Positions 16,985 to 26,714 of a DNA stretch of 64,000 nt are shown here, in pieces. Origin of the DNA: Oceanispirochaeta sp. (GTDB lineage Bacteria; Spirochaetota; Spirochaetia; DSM-2461). The number at the start of each line of letters is the position of its first letter. The stretch's first letter is position 1. Where the stretch lies: the NCBI GenBank assembly GCA_963663385.2, contig CAXXXD010000002.1, positions 1,216,001-1,280,000 of the forward strand. The letters run 5' to 3'. The position numbers were made by a program, and so were the translations under genes. Under the pieces are notes generated by a model that saw only the letters and a program-made list of their open reading frames with translations, was not told the origin of the DNA and made no database searches.

Positions 16985-18528
16985 AGGATAAACTGCTTGC
17001 AGTTGACTGCGGAACCCAGAGTCTCAGAACCATTATCTTTAACAAAGCCGGGGAAATCCTTGATAAGGAGAAAATAGAGTACGACCCCTATCAGTCTCCC
17101 GAGCCGGGATGGGCCGAACAGCACCCCGATCTTTTCTGGGATGCTCTGGTTCAGGGGTGTGGTGCTCTGAAAAGCCGGAGCCCAGGTTTATTTGATCAGA
17201 TCGGCGGTATCGGTGTAACTTCCCAGAGGGATACAATGATTAATCTGGACAGTGACGGCCGTGTCCTGAGACCGGCTATAACCTGGCTGGATACCAGAAA
17301 GGCCGATGGCCCTTACCACCCCCGTTTCCCCATGAATCTGGCCTATAAGGCTGTAAAAAAAGATAAGGTTATCCTCAAAACCATGAGGGACGGGAAGAGT
17401 AACTGGATACGGGAGAATCAGAGGGAAATCTGGGAAAATACCTGGAAATATGTACAGGTTTCGGGATTTTTGAACCACCGCCTCTGCGGAGAGCCCGTAG
17501 ATTCGGTTGCCTCCATGGTAGGGCATATCCCTATGGATACAAAGCATCGCCGCTGGTCCGGAAAAAACAGCCTTAAAGGAAAAATGTTTCCCATCGAAAA
17601 GGAGAAGCAGTACCGCCTGACGGAAGCCGGGGAAGTGGCTGGAGCGGTTACCCGGGAAGCTTCGGAGGCAACCGGACTGCCTGCGGGGCTGCCTGTCGTG
17701 GCCTGCGGCAGTGATAAAAGCTGTGAAACCCTCGGTATGGGGTGTCTTGATACTTCCCTGGCATCTCTCAGTTTTGGAACAACCGCTACGGTGGAGGTGT
17801 GCAGCAAGCGTTATTTCGAACCCCTGCCGTTTCTGCCGGCCTATTGCGCTGCTTACCCGGGCGCCTGGGTGCCTGAGGTTGAAATCTACCGGGGATACTG
17901 GATGATCAGCTGGTTCCGGGATGAACTGGGACACCGGGAGATGGATGAAGCGCGCCGCATGGGAATCCTGCCTGAAAAGCTTCTGGACAGGCTTCTGGAG
18001 ACAGACCCTCCCGGCTGCCGGGGGCTGATGATGCAGCCTTACTGGGGGCCCAGTCTGAAAGATCCCTATGCCAAGGGTTCCCTGATCGGGTTCGGGGATG
18101 TTCATACAAGGAGTTCCATCTATCGGGCAACCGTGGAAGGTCTGGGTTATGCCCTCAGGGACGGTCTGGAAACCCTTGAAAAGAGGGGGCATTTCCATGC
18201 TCCCCGGGTAGCCGTTTCCGGCGGTGCCAGCAGGAGTGATCTGGTTTGTCAGATCAGTGCGGATATATTCGGAAGGCCTCTTGTCCGGGGCCGGACATAC
18301 GAAACTTCCGCTCTGGGAGCTGCCATTCTGACGGCTTCCGCCCTGGGACAGCATCCATCCATAGACCGGGCTGTCGAAAAAATGGTCGGGTATGAAAAAA
18401 CATTCGAGCCGGATAAAAAGAATGCCGGACTCTACTCAAAACTGTTCAGGGTATACAGGGGAATCTATCCGCGTATGCAGCATATGTACCGGGATATTCA
18501 GGAAATTACCGGGTATCCTGAAATATAA
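16981..18528 (+). CDS. FGGY-family carbohydrate kinase
   Basis: DCGTQSLR, PGWAEQ, ITWLDTR, SFGTT, SGGASRSD, ETSALGAA. Confidence 0.9.
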   Translation: MKDKLLAVDCGTQSLRTIIFNKAGEILDKEKIEYDPYQSPEPGWAEQHPDLFWDALVQGCGALKSRSPGLFDQIGGIGVTSQRDTMINLDSDGRVLRPAITWLDTRKADGPYHPRFPMNLAYKAVKKDKVILKTMRDGKSNWIRENQREIWENTWKYVQVSGFLNHRLCGEPVDSVASMVGHIPMDTKHRRWSGKNSLKGKMFPIEKEKQYRLTEAGEVAGAVTREASEATGLPAGLPVVACGSDKSCETLGMGCLDTSLASLSFGTTATVEVCSKRYFEPLPFLPAYCAAYPGAWVPEVEIYRGYWMISWFRDELGHREMDEARRMGILPEKLLDRLLETDPPGCRGLMMQPYWGPSLKDPYAKGSLIGFGDVHTRSSIYRATVEGLGYALRDGLETLEKRGHFHAPRVAVSGGASRSDLVCQISADIFGRPLVRGRTYETSALGAAILTASALGQHPSIDRAVEKMVGYEKTFEPDKKNAGLYSKLFRVYRGIYPRMQHMYRDIQEITGYPEI

Positions 18529-18542
18529 GATCCTTATCCTTT

Positions 18543-19532
18543 TTATACCGGAAATTCAGCAAAAGGGAACGTCTTTAGAAATAGCCCCAGATCCTTTTCC
18601 AGGTTCTCAGTGAATTTCCTGCCCTCCGGTGAATCGGGGAACCGGAGACGGTGGTTCCGTTTTTTACGAAGGGACTCCGCCATCTTCAGATAATCCGCAA
18701 GGGCGGAGGATCCCGCCGCCAGGCAGAATCGTTTCATAATGTAATGGACAGCCTGATCCGAGGGATGGGTCAGATCATCCGCATACCAGCGGTAATCCCG
18801 CAGCTCATCCAGCATGATTTCGTATGAGGGAAAGTAGTCTGCTTCAGCCCGGGTACGGCAGACGGCATCCAGACCGCAGCGGAGCAGAGCTTTGCTCAGG
18901 GAATTCTCCTCGGCGCTGTCTCTGAGGTGCCTGACAGGGCTGAGGGTGAAGATAATATGTATTTCCGGAAGAGAGCGGGTCAGTGTCCGGCACAGGTCTT
19001 CCAGAATCCTGTTTATTTCACTATAGGAAAGACAGACTCTTTCAAAATGGGAAGAAGGTCTCTTGTGGCAGTTGTTGACAGTGCTGCCTGTGGTTTCCTC
19101 TCTGTATACCCAGGCAGTACCCAGCGTAATAACGGCTGTTTCGCATTTCTGTAAATAGTCTCTGTGATTCCTCAGCCGCGTGTTCAGTTCATTCAGCAGT
19201 TCCTCTTTACCCGCTCCGGTTCCGCAGCTGTCAAACAGGCTGTGCCGCCATAGCCCCTTGTGAAAAAAGAGTTCTCTCTCTTCAATGGCTCTGTCTGAGA
19301 GGAGGAGGGCGAAGGTCTCCTTCAGGCTTTCGGGGTTATAGATATTCCCGAAGGGGGCGATCCTTCCGGGCAGAAAATGGTCCTTCCAGAAATGGTACAG
19401 GTTCGCGGCAAAGCAGGATCCGGCGAAATACACTTTACCGGAAGGTTCAATCAGCCTGGGTAACGGCAGTATGTCAACAGGAGTAAAGCTGCCTCTCCAG
19501 AATTCATCCGCCCCTGTGGTTTCCACTTTCAT
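18543..19532 (-). CDS. GSCFA domain-containing protein (SGNH-like)
   Basis: GSCFA, PFGNIYNP, ITLGTAW, FTLSPVRH, YFPSYEI..DELRDYRWYA.D..HPS. Confidence 0.9.
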   Translation of the reverse strand: MKVETTGADEFWRGSFTPVDILPLPRLIEPSGKVYFAGSCFAANLYHFWKDHFLPGRIAPFGNIYNPESLKETFALLLSDRAIEERELFFHKGLWRHSLFDSCGTGAGKEELLNELNTRLRNHRDYLQKCETAVITLGTAWVYREETTGSTVNNCHKRPSSHFERVCLSYSEINRILEDLCRTLTRSLPEIHIIFTLSPVRHLRDSAEENSLSKALLRCGLDAVCRTRAEADYFPSYEIMLDELRDYRWYADDLTHPSDQAVHYIMKRFCLAAGSSALADYLKMAESLRKKRNHRLRFPDSPEGRKFTENLEKDLGLFLKTFPFAEFPV

Positions 19533-20875
19533 AATCCCAGAATCTTTTTTGACACTTCAAAGAAGATGGTGAGACCGCAGACATCAATCACGGTAGACAT
19601 CAGGGGGCCCGCCGCAACAGTCGGGTCAAATCCGAGGCGGTGAATAAACATGGGGACCAGGGCGCCCAGCACTGTCGCAAACATAACAACACTGCACAAA
19701 GAAATGGCAATGGCGACAGCCGGCAGCAGTTCAATCCCCGGCGGGGTAAAATAGGCTCTTGTCAGAATCACCGCACCCGTGATAAACCCGATCAGCAGGC
19801 CTACCAGCAGTTCTTTCGTCAGCACTTTCCAGATATCCCGGAAGTGGAGTTCTCCCGTCGCCAGTCCCCGTATCATCAGGGTGGAGGACTGGGTTCCCGA
19901 GTTGCCCCCGGTCTGGGTAATAACCGGTATAAAGAGGGTAAGGAAGGCCGCTGTCAGATAGAGGGGCTCGTAGGAGCTTAAAACATTTGTGGTTATGGTT
20001 CCCGCTACCAGCAGAATGATCAGCCAGGGGAGCCGTTTTTTCACCAGGCCCCAGATGGATGTCTCCATATAGCTGAGGGTATCACCTACCATGGCACCCA
20101 TTTTGTAAATATCCTCGGTCTGTTCCTCCCGGATAACATCTATCACATCATCGAAGGTGATGATACCCAGGAGCCGGTTGAAACGGTCCACTACGGGAAG
20201 AGCCAGAAGATCATGGTTTTCCAGAACCCGTGCCGACTCTTCCTGGTCCGTATTATCGTTTACATAGATTACATTCCGGATCATAATATCGTCTATTTTA
20301 TCGTTATCCCTCGCCCGGAGTATATCCTTCAATGAAACAACGCCGATCAGCCTTTTCAGCTGGTCCACCACATAGATGTAGTAGACCGTTTCCAGGGTAT
20401 CCATGGAACTGCGTATAAAGTGGAGAGCCTGGGCTACTGTGATATCCGCCAGAATAGCCGCGTAACGCGGTGTCATCAGTCCGGCCGCATCATCCTCGTC
20501 AAAGCGGAGGAGAAAGGTCGTTTCCTTTCTGGCTTCTTCGCTCATGTTCTCCCAGACAGAACTGCGCAGTTCCGGGCTGAGGTCCTGTATAAGGTCTACC
20601 AGGTCATCCGGTTCCATGTCTTCCAGCAGGTCCCTGGCGGCCTGTTCGGATAGTTCGCTGATAAGGTGCTCCTGTTCAAAAAGGGGAAGCTCATGGAGAA
20701 GGTCTCCCCGGTTTTCGGGCAGGATAACCAGAAACAGGCGGAGTTTTTCCTCGGGAGTGAATTTATCCCAGACCTCTACAAGTTCCGCTGCGCTGAGGGA
20801 GCGGATCAGGTTCTTCAATGCCTCATCGTGGAGGGGATCCATATACTCTTTCAGGTTGTTAATCAGGTTTTCCAT
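19529..20875 (-). CDS. mgtE: Magnesium transporter MgtE
   Basis: MgtE N domain, CBS pair (AAGLMT, YYIYVVD), RLPWL, GGNSGTQS, DPTVAAGP. Confidence 0.93.
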   Translation of the reverse strand: MENLINNLKEYMDPLHDEALKNLIRSLSAAELVEVWDKFTPEEKLRLFLVILPENRGDLLHELPLFEQEHLISELSEQAARDLLEDMEPDDLVDLIQDLSPELRSSVWENMSEEARKETTFLLRFDEDDAAGLMTPRYAAILADITVAQALHFIRSSMDTLETVYYIYVVDQLKRLIGVVSLKDILRARDNDKIDDIMIRNVIYVNDNTDQEESARVLENHDLLALPVVDRFNRLLGIITFDDVIDVIREEQTEDIYKMGAMVGDTLSYMETSIWGLVKKRLPWLIILLVAGTITTNVLSSYEPLYLTAAFLTLFIPVITQTGGNSGTQSSTLMIRGLATGELHFRDIWKVLTKELLVGLLIGFITGAVILTRAYFTPPGIELLPAVAIAISLCSVVMFATVLGALVPMFIHRLGFDPTVAAGPLMSTVIDVCGLTIFFEVSKKILGL

Positions 20876-20904
20876 AATCCGTCTCCTCAGTCCGTTTTCT
20901 GCTG

Positions 20905-21840
20905 TCAGTCCCATTCTCCGATTTTCAGGACCTCCGGTTCCAGCAGGAATCCGGTTTCTCTCAGTACTGTTTTCTGAACGAGTTCGATCAGCTCCGCGAT
21001 CTCTGCAGAACTGGCATCTTTTTCATTAATAAGAATGTTTCCGTGCCACTCAGAAACTGCTGCACCTCCCAGGCGGGTTCCTTTCAGCCCGGCTCTCTCA
21101 ATAAGAACCCCCGATGGGGCTCCGAAGTCCCGGTTATTCTTAAAGGTTGAGCCGGCGCAGGGAGCCCTGAAGTGGCCCTTGGCGGCTCTGTCTTCCCGGA
21201 TCTGAGCCATTTTTTTCAGCAGCTCGACCCTGTTCCCTTTACTGACCCGGAAGGCCGCGGACAGTATAACACAGTCCCTGTCCTGAAAGGGGGACTTTTT
21301 ATACGCCCAGTCTTCCTCCGTAAAGAAAATCCTCTCCACTTCCAGCTTTTTATTCAAAATATCGGCCCAGCAGAAAATATGGGATATTTCTCCCCCGTAG
21401 CAGCGGGCATTCATCCAGAGGGCCCCGCCCACGGAACCGGGCATGGCGTATATAAATTCAATCCCTTCAAGACCCCAGCTGGCGGCTTTTTCCGCCCCCC
21501 GGGAAATGCCGAGTCCGGCCTCCATGATCAGGGTGTCCCCGGAGCAGGGATTATGGTCCAGTGCTATCCGGTTCAGCCGTTTCATATTGATTACAGCACC
21601 GCGGAAACCTCTATCCGAAATCAGTATATTGGCTCCTCCTCCCAGTATGAACCAGGGTATATTCTCTTCCCTGAAAGCCTTTAGTAGATGCAGCAGTTCC
21701 TTCCGGTTCACCGGTTCCGCATAGATGTCGGCTTTTCCGCCGGTCTGAAAGGTATTGTAGGTATTCAGGGGCTCATCTTCCCGTAAAATACCATTAATAT
21801 TGATTTTTCTGTTTAAATTCACTAATTTGTACACATACAT
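20905..21840 (-). CDS. murB: UDP-N-acetylmuramate dehydrogenase
   Basis: TGGKAD, LGGGANILISD, PGSVGGALWMNA, AGSTFKN, HGNILIN, LEPEV; true start may be GTG 21834. Confidence 0.95.
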   Translation of the reverse strand: MYVYKLVNLNRKININGILREDEPLNTYNTFQTGGKADIYAEPVNRKELLHLLKAFREENIPWFILGGGANILISDRGFRGAVINMKRLNRIALDHNPCSGDTLIMEAGLGISRGAEKAASWGLEGIEFIYAMPGSVGGALWMNARCYGGEISHIFCWADILNKKLEVERIFFTEEDWAYKKSPFQDRDCVILSAAFRVSKGNRVELLKKMAQIREDRAAKGHFRAPCAGSTFKNNRDFGAPSGVLIERAGLKGTRLGGAAVSEWHGNILINEKDASSAEIAELIELVQKTVLRETGFLLEPEVLKIGEWD

Positions 21841-21887
21841 ATGATAATTGCCCTGTATCCGAGTGGCAACATGGTTAAGGAGAAATT

Positions 21888-23303
21888 GTGAAGGTTAAAT
21901 TATTTAATTCCGATGGACGGGAACTGCAGGAGTTCGAGCCAATAGAAAATGGAAAAGCCGGACTGTACTGCTGTGGTCCCACCGTATACAACTACGCCCA
22001 TATCGGAAATATGCGCCCCTATACCTTTGAAGATGTTCTCAGACGAACCCTGGAGTATGCCGGATACAAAGTAACCCATGTTATGAATGTAACAGATGTG
22101 GGGCACCTGACCGACGATGGTGACGAGGGTGAAGATAAAATGATTAAAAGCGCCCGGGAACAGGGGATGACCGTATGGGAAATCGCCGAGTTCTTTACGA
22201 AGGCGTTTTTCCGGGATACGGAGCGTTTGAATATACACGTGCCTCACCAGGTATGTCTGGCTACCAAACATATTCAGGAAATGATAGATATGGTCAAGAC
22301 GCTTGAAGAGAAGGGGTATACCTATACTTCCGGGGGAAATGTCTATTTCGATACGTCAAAATTTCCTGAATATGGAAAAATGGCCGGACTGGATAAGCAG
22401 GAACTTCAGCATGGCGCCCGAACTGACGTGGACGAAAACAAGAAAAATGCCCAGGACTTTGTCTTATGGTTTACAAACAGCAAGTTTGAAAATCAGGCTA
22501 TGACATGGGAATCTCCCTGGGGTGTAGGCTACCCGGGGTGGCATCTTGAATGCAGTGCCATGAGCAGCAAATACCTTGGCCCCCATTTCGATATTCACTG
22601 TGGTGGAATCGATCATGTTCCGGTTCATCATACAAACGAGATTGCCCAGTCCGAAGCGGCAAACGGCTGCAAATGGGTCAACTACTGGCTTCATAATGAG
22701 TTTATCATTATGAAAAACGGTAAGATGTCCAAATCCAAGGGAGGTTTCCTGACTCTTCAGGATCTGGTTGATAAAGGCTATGATGCCATGGACTACCGTT
22801 ATTTTCTCCTGGCGGGACACTACCGCTCCCAGCTGATTTTCACCTGGGAATCTCTGGATGCCGCCCGTACGGCACGGGAAGGGCTGCTGAAAAAAACAGC
22901 TCAGCTGAAAGCGAAATGCAGCCCTGTCGATCCAGAGGATTTTACTGATGCCGCTGTCAGGGTGCGTCAGGACTTCCAGGATCATATCTCCCAGGACCTG
23001 AATACACCCCGCTGTCTGGCTGATATCTGGAGCGCCCTGAAGAACAATGAACTCACCGACGGGGAAAAACTGGGACTCCTGCTGGATATGGACAGGATAA
23101 TGGGGCTTAAGCTGGCTGATGCGGAGCTGGAAGAAGAAAATGCCGAACCCCTTGACAGTGAGATTGAACAGTTGATTCTTAAAAGGCAGGAAGCCCGTAA
23201 AAACAGGGATTTTGCCCTCTCCGACAAGATCCGGGACGATCTTCTGGCCAGGGGGATCCAGATCATAGATTCTCCCGATGGGCCTAAATGGAAAAAAAGT
23301 TGA
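21888..23303 (+). CDS. cysS: Cysteine--tRNA ligase
   Basis: CGPTVY..AHIGN, PGWHLECSAM, HHTNEIAQ, KMSKS. Confidence 0.97.
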   Translation: MKVKLFNSDGRELQEFEPIENGKAGLYCCGPTVYNYAHIGNMRPYTFEDVLRRTLEYAGYKVTHVMNVTDVGHLTDDGDEGEDKMIKSAREQGMTVWEIAEFFTKAFFRDTERLNIHVPHQVCLATKHIQEMIDMVKTLEEKGYTYTSGGNVYFDTSKFPEYGKMAGLDKQELQHGARTDVDENKKNAQDFVLWFTNSKFENQAMTWESPWGVGYPGWHLECSAMSSKYLGPHFDIHCGGIDHVPVHHTNEIAQSEAANGCKWVNYWLHNEFIIMKNGKMSKSKGGFLTLQDLVDKGYDAMDYRYFLLAGHYRSQLIFTWESLDAARTAREGLLKKTAQLKAKCSPVDPEDFTDAAVRVRQDFQDHISQDLNTPRCLADIWSALKNNELTDGEKLGLLLDMDRIMGLKLADAELEEENAEPLDSEIEQLILKRQEARKNRDFALSDKIRDDLLARGIQIIDSPDGPKWKKS

Positions 23304-23358
23304 ATTTTCCTGTAACAAACTTTGTAGAACCATGTTTTAATGTTAAAGGGTAAGATGC

Positions 23359-23871
23359 GTGTCGATAGAATTTGAACAGACTTACAACGAGCTATACCCC
23401 CTATTGATGCGTGTAGCCTACAGAATTACCGGTTCTACTTCCGTCAGTGAAGACTTATGTCAGGAAGCTTTTATCCGGTATTTCGAAAGGATTGATAAGA
23501 TCCCTCCCGGAGACCAGGCCAAATACTGGCTGATCAGGGTTATTAAAAACCTTGCGTTCAATCATGAAAAGCGTAAGGGGCGGGAGAGGAATGCTTATCA
23601 GAAGTACTACTACGAACCCAAACCCGAGATTACAAATCAGGGAGAAAAGGGTTTAATGGAGGACGAATCCAAACGGATGGTCCAGGATGCGTTAATGCAG
23701 CTGCCCTATAAAATGCGGGTAGTGCTTACACTGAAAGAGTATGGTGGTCTCAATTATAAACAAATCGGTGAGATTCTGAAAATCTCGGAAGGAAATGTAA
23801 AGATCCGTGTTTTCAGAGCCAGACAGAAAATAAGTGAAATCCTGAGAAAGGGGGAAGTCTATGTGCCCTGA
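23359..23871 (+). CDS. ECF RNA polymerase sigma factor (sigma-24/RpoE-like)
   Basis: EDLCQEAF, WLIRV..N, LP...R.VL.LKEY.GLNY.QI.EIL.IS.GNVK.R.FRAR. Confidence 0.92.
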   Translation: MSIEFEQTYNELYPLLMRVAYRITGSTSVSEDLCQEAFIRYFERIDKIPPGDQAKYWLIRVIKNLAFNHEKRKGRERNAYQKYYYEPKPEITNQGEKGLMEDESKRMVQDALMQLPYKMRVVLTLKEYGGLNYKQIGEILKISEGNVKIRVFRARQKISEILRKGEVYVP

Positions 23872-24433
23872 CAACACACTGTTGTCTGCTTTTTTTGACG
23901 GAGAGGTTTCCAGTCCCTGGAAAGAACAGATTGAAGAACATCTTGTAATCTGTGAGAAATGCCGTTCCATCGTAGACGGATATGCCGGACAGAGCCGTCT
24001 GCTTCAAAGTGAACCCGAACCGGCTTATATATCAACTTTCTCGGATCTGGAACATCTGATCCGCCATAAAAGTACGGTACATGTGGCAGAGTCTCTCTGG
24101 TCGGGTATCAAATGGCCGGCTATTCCCGCTGCCGCGGCGGCGGCAGCCGTTTTCGCCTTTGTCATGGGTTTTGTTCTGGCTGGAAACAACGGCGCTGCCG
24201 GAAGCTATATAGGCCAACCCATTGCTGTCTCCGAGGGATGGTCAATTCCTCAGGGAGATCTGACGGTTCCCGGAGAGGATATTAATGCTCTACTGTCGCT
24301 TCTTGAACCTTCAGACAGTCAATTATTCAACCAGGAATCCAGTATGGAACTACCTGTCGGTCTGAATCTGGAACTGTACGGGGATTCCCAGTTACTGAAA
24401 TCCGCCGGCCTAAGCGGGGGCTCATCGCGTTGA
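23861..24433 (+). CDS. Zinc-binding anti-sigma factor (zf-HC2)
   Basis: LSAFFDGE...HLVICEKC (HxxxCxxC), single TM; overlaps the sigma gene. Confidence 0.85.
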   Translation: MCPDNTLLSAFFDGEVSSPWKEQIEEHLVICEKCRSIVDGYAGQSRLLQSEPEPAYISTFSDLEHLIRHKSTVHVAESLWSGIKWPAIPAAAAAAAVFAFVMGFVLAGNNGAAGSYIGQPIAVSEGWSIPQGDLTVPGEDINALLSLLEPSDSQLFNQESSMELPVGLNLELYGDSQLLKSAGLSGGSSR

Positions 24434-24990
24434 TCAAAAAGCCCCTGACCCTCGGAATACTTCTCTGCCTGCTTACCGTAGCAATGGTGAGCGGACAGGA
24501 GCTGAAAGAGCCTTCCATAGAAGAAATTCTGAAAGAGGCTCTGTCCATTAATATTCATGCCAATCTGTCCCAGGACAAAAGAGAAATCATGTGGGAGTCC
24601 GAAGTCAGGAAACTGACAATACCCGGACGTCCCGTAACAATTCATCTGCAGAATCAGCAGGCGAAGCTTTCTGTGCATTTTACACCCTACAGGAAAAATG
24701 ACGGAGGTCTGATTCTTGTCGCTCAAAGCGAAATATGGCTGGTTCAGAATAAATCGGAAACTTCCGCAGAGGGAATCCGTTATTATACAAGCATGAAGAG
24801 CATTCCTCTTGAATTCGGCGAAACGGTACTTTTCTTTCCTCTGGGAAAAATGGATAATCTTACTAATCCTGAAAAACTGCATATTGAAATGGCAGTAATG
24901 ATCAGTCCCTATCATACGAATGATGATGGTGCATCAGTGGATGCTGCTCCTGAGAGCGGTGAAAATCCATCGGACGAATCGGTTAATTGA
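24430..24990 (+). CDS. Exported hypothetical protein
   Basis: Signal peptide; TTGA overlap with the anti-sigma stop. Confidence 0.7.
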   Translation: MIKKPLTLGILLCLLTVAMVSGQELKEPSIEEILKEALSINIHANLSQDKREIMWESEVRKLTIPGRPVTIHLQNQQAKLSVHFTPYRKNDGGLILVAQSEIWLVQNKSETSAEGIRYYTSMKSIPLEFGETVLFFPLGKMDNLTNPEKLHIEMAVMISPYHTNDDGASVDAAPESGENPSDESVN

Positions 24991-25022
24991 ACCGTTTCGC
25001 TTGCCGGAAGGTAAGTTAATCA

Positions 25023-26645
25023 ATGAAAAGAAGCGTCTTTCTCTATCATGTTGTTCCTCTATCCCTGTACGCTTGTCTGATGCTGCTTTTTCTGCTCAGC
25101 CTTTCCGTTTCGAAACGGCAGCCGGAAATTTCATCCATCTCTCCTGAGCAGGTCCGCTCGGGAGATCTGATGGTTATTTCGGGGCGTAACTTCGGTTTAA
25201 CCCGAAATAAATCAAAGGTATGGCTCGATCAGTCCCCCATGCCGGCGTCGGCCATCGAATTCTGGTCCGATACCAGTGTGAAAGTACGGATACCCTCCCT
25301 CTCCGGTTCAGGGCTTGTCTTTCTGGAAACAACTGGAGGCAGGAGCAATGGCGCTCTGTATATCCTTTCGGAAAGACTGCCTGACCGCTCCTCCGGTGCG
25401 TTCCTTCCGGGGAAGCCCTATCTGTCAAGGATTAACAGCAGCTTGTTCAAACCGGGAGAGCTGGTCGTTCTGGATGGCGATAAGCTTGGTACAAGAAAGA
25501 AGAACAGCGAGATTCTGGTTAACCTGACAGGAAAAGCTCCCGAAAGCATGCTGGATGAACCGGATACGGGAGACTATGTAGTCGTACCCCCGGAAAATAT
25601 CGCCGGATGGACCGATAACAGGATTTCCTTCTATCTCCCCGAGGAAGCCAACTGCGGGCCTGTTTATATTAAAACCACTGCCGGATACAGTAATCCGGTT
25701 TCCATAGAAGTAGAGCGAAGCGGAAGGGTTGTGCTTTCAGAACCCCGTTCATTGAAGATCCTGCAGGAAATCCTGGTAACCAGGGTAGGGGCTCTTCCGG
25801 GGAATAACCTTGTTCTCTGGGTGCCTCAGCCTTCTGACGGTCCCGGTCAGAAAACAGTAAATTACCAGTCGAATCGGGAAGCTGTCCGTGAAGACGGCCT
25901 GCTTAAGGTCTATAAACTGGATGAACTGGCCAGCGGATTTGAATACGATGTTCGTTCTGAGTATGAACTCTCCCTGAACAGTGTTGAGTATCAGCCTGTT
26001 CTATCTGAAATTCCCGACTACTACGAAAACGGGGAAATGCTGGAATCCTTTCTGAAGGATGAAGAAGATATCCCGGCTTCCTATTTTACAAGAACTGCTT
26101 CTGCCGTAATAAAAAGGGAAAAGAATCCTTATCAGAAGGCGCTGCTCCTGTTTGATTATATTCAGTGGAAGATGGATCCTGTCCCCGGATATCCGGATCA
26201 GGATTATACAAAATGGCTTACAGACCGGAAAGCCGATTCCTTCGGCTATGCCTCTCTGTTTGTCAGTTTGTGCAGGTCCGCAGGAGTCCCCTCACGGATT
26301 ATTTCGGGTTTATGGTTTCCAGATAGGGGAGAAAAAGGTATTATTCATTACTGGTCTGAGATTTACCTACCCGGATTTGGCTGGTTTGCTGCTGATCCGG
26401 GAGCGGCGGATGGTATTCTGGAATCCGTTCTGCCCGAAGGGGCTGAATCTCCGGGAGGTTGGGGAAGGCTGAATAACGGATACGTGGCTTTCTCCAGAGG
26501 ATCATTGCAAGGAACTCCCTACAGTGATCGTTCGATAAGGATTGACTTTAGGTCCTACAGTCAGCAGAATATATTTGAAGAGTGGATAGGAAATCTTGAA
26601 AGTTGTTCCATTTTTTGGGAAAACATTGCTATAATAGCGGAATAG
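25023..26645 (+). CDS. IPT/TIG plus transglutaminase-like domain protein
   Basis: PEISSISP...ISGRNFG...WSDT (IPT); LCRSAGVPSR..SG, HYWSEIYLPGFGW...DP. Confidence 0.8.
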   Translation: MKRSVFLYHVVPLSLYACLMLLFLLSLSVSKRQPEISSISPEQVRSGDLMVISGRNFGLTRNKSKVWLDQSPMPASAIEFWSDTSVKVRIPSLSGSGLVFLETTGGRSNGALYILSERLPDRSSGAFLPGKPYLSRINSSLFKPGELVVLDGDKLGTRKKNSEILVNLTGKAPESMLDEPDTGDYVVVPPENIAGWTDNRISFYLPEEANCGPVYIKTTAGYSNPVSIEVERSGRVVLSEPRSLKILQEILVTRVGALPGNNLVLWVPQPSDGPGQKTVNYQSNREAVREDGLLKVYKLDELASGFEYDVRSEYELSLNSVEYQPVLSEIPDYYENGEMLESFLKDEEDIPASYFTRTASAVIKREKNPYQKALLLFDYIQWKMDPVPGYPDQDYTKWLTDRKADSFGYASLFVSLCRSAGVPSRIISGLWFPDRGEKGIIHYWSEIYLPGFGWFAADPGAADGILESVLPEGAESPGGWGRLNNGYVAFSRGSLQGTPYSDRSIRIDFRSYSQQNIFEEWIGNLESCSIFWENIAIIAE

Positions 26646-26714
26646 ATCAATTATTGTATGTTTTTTTAATGATATTGTAAAAATATTGTTTTAGAAATGC
26701 AAAGGAGAGTAATT

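Noticed and set aside
17188..18354. 388 aa minus-strand ORF (likewise 15106-15933, 22464-23333, 42442-43191)
   Set aside because: Antisense shadows of well-supported genes, expected from codon bias.
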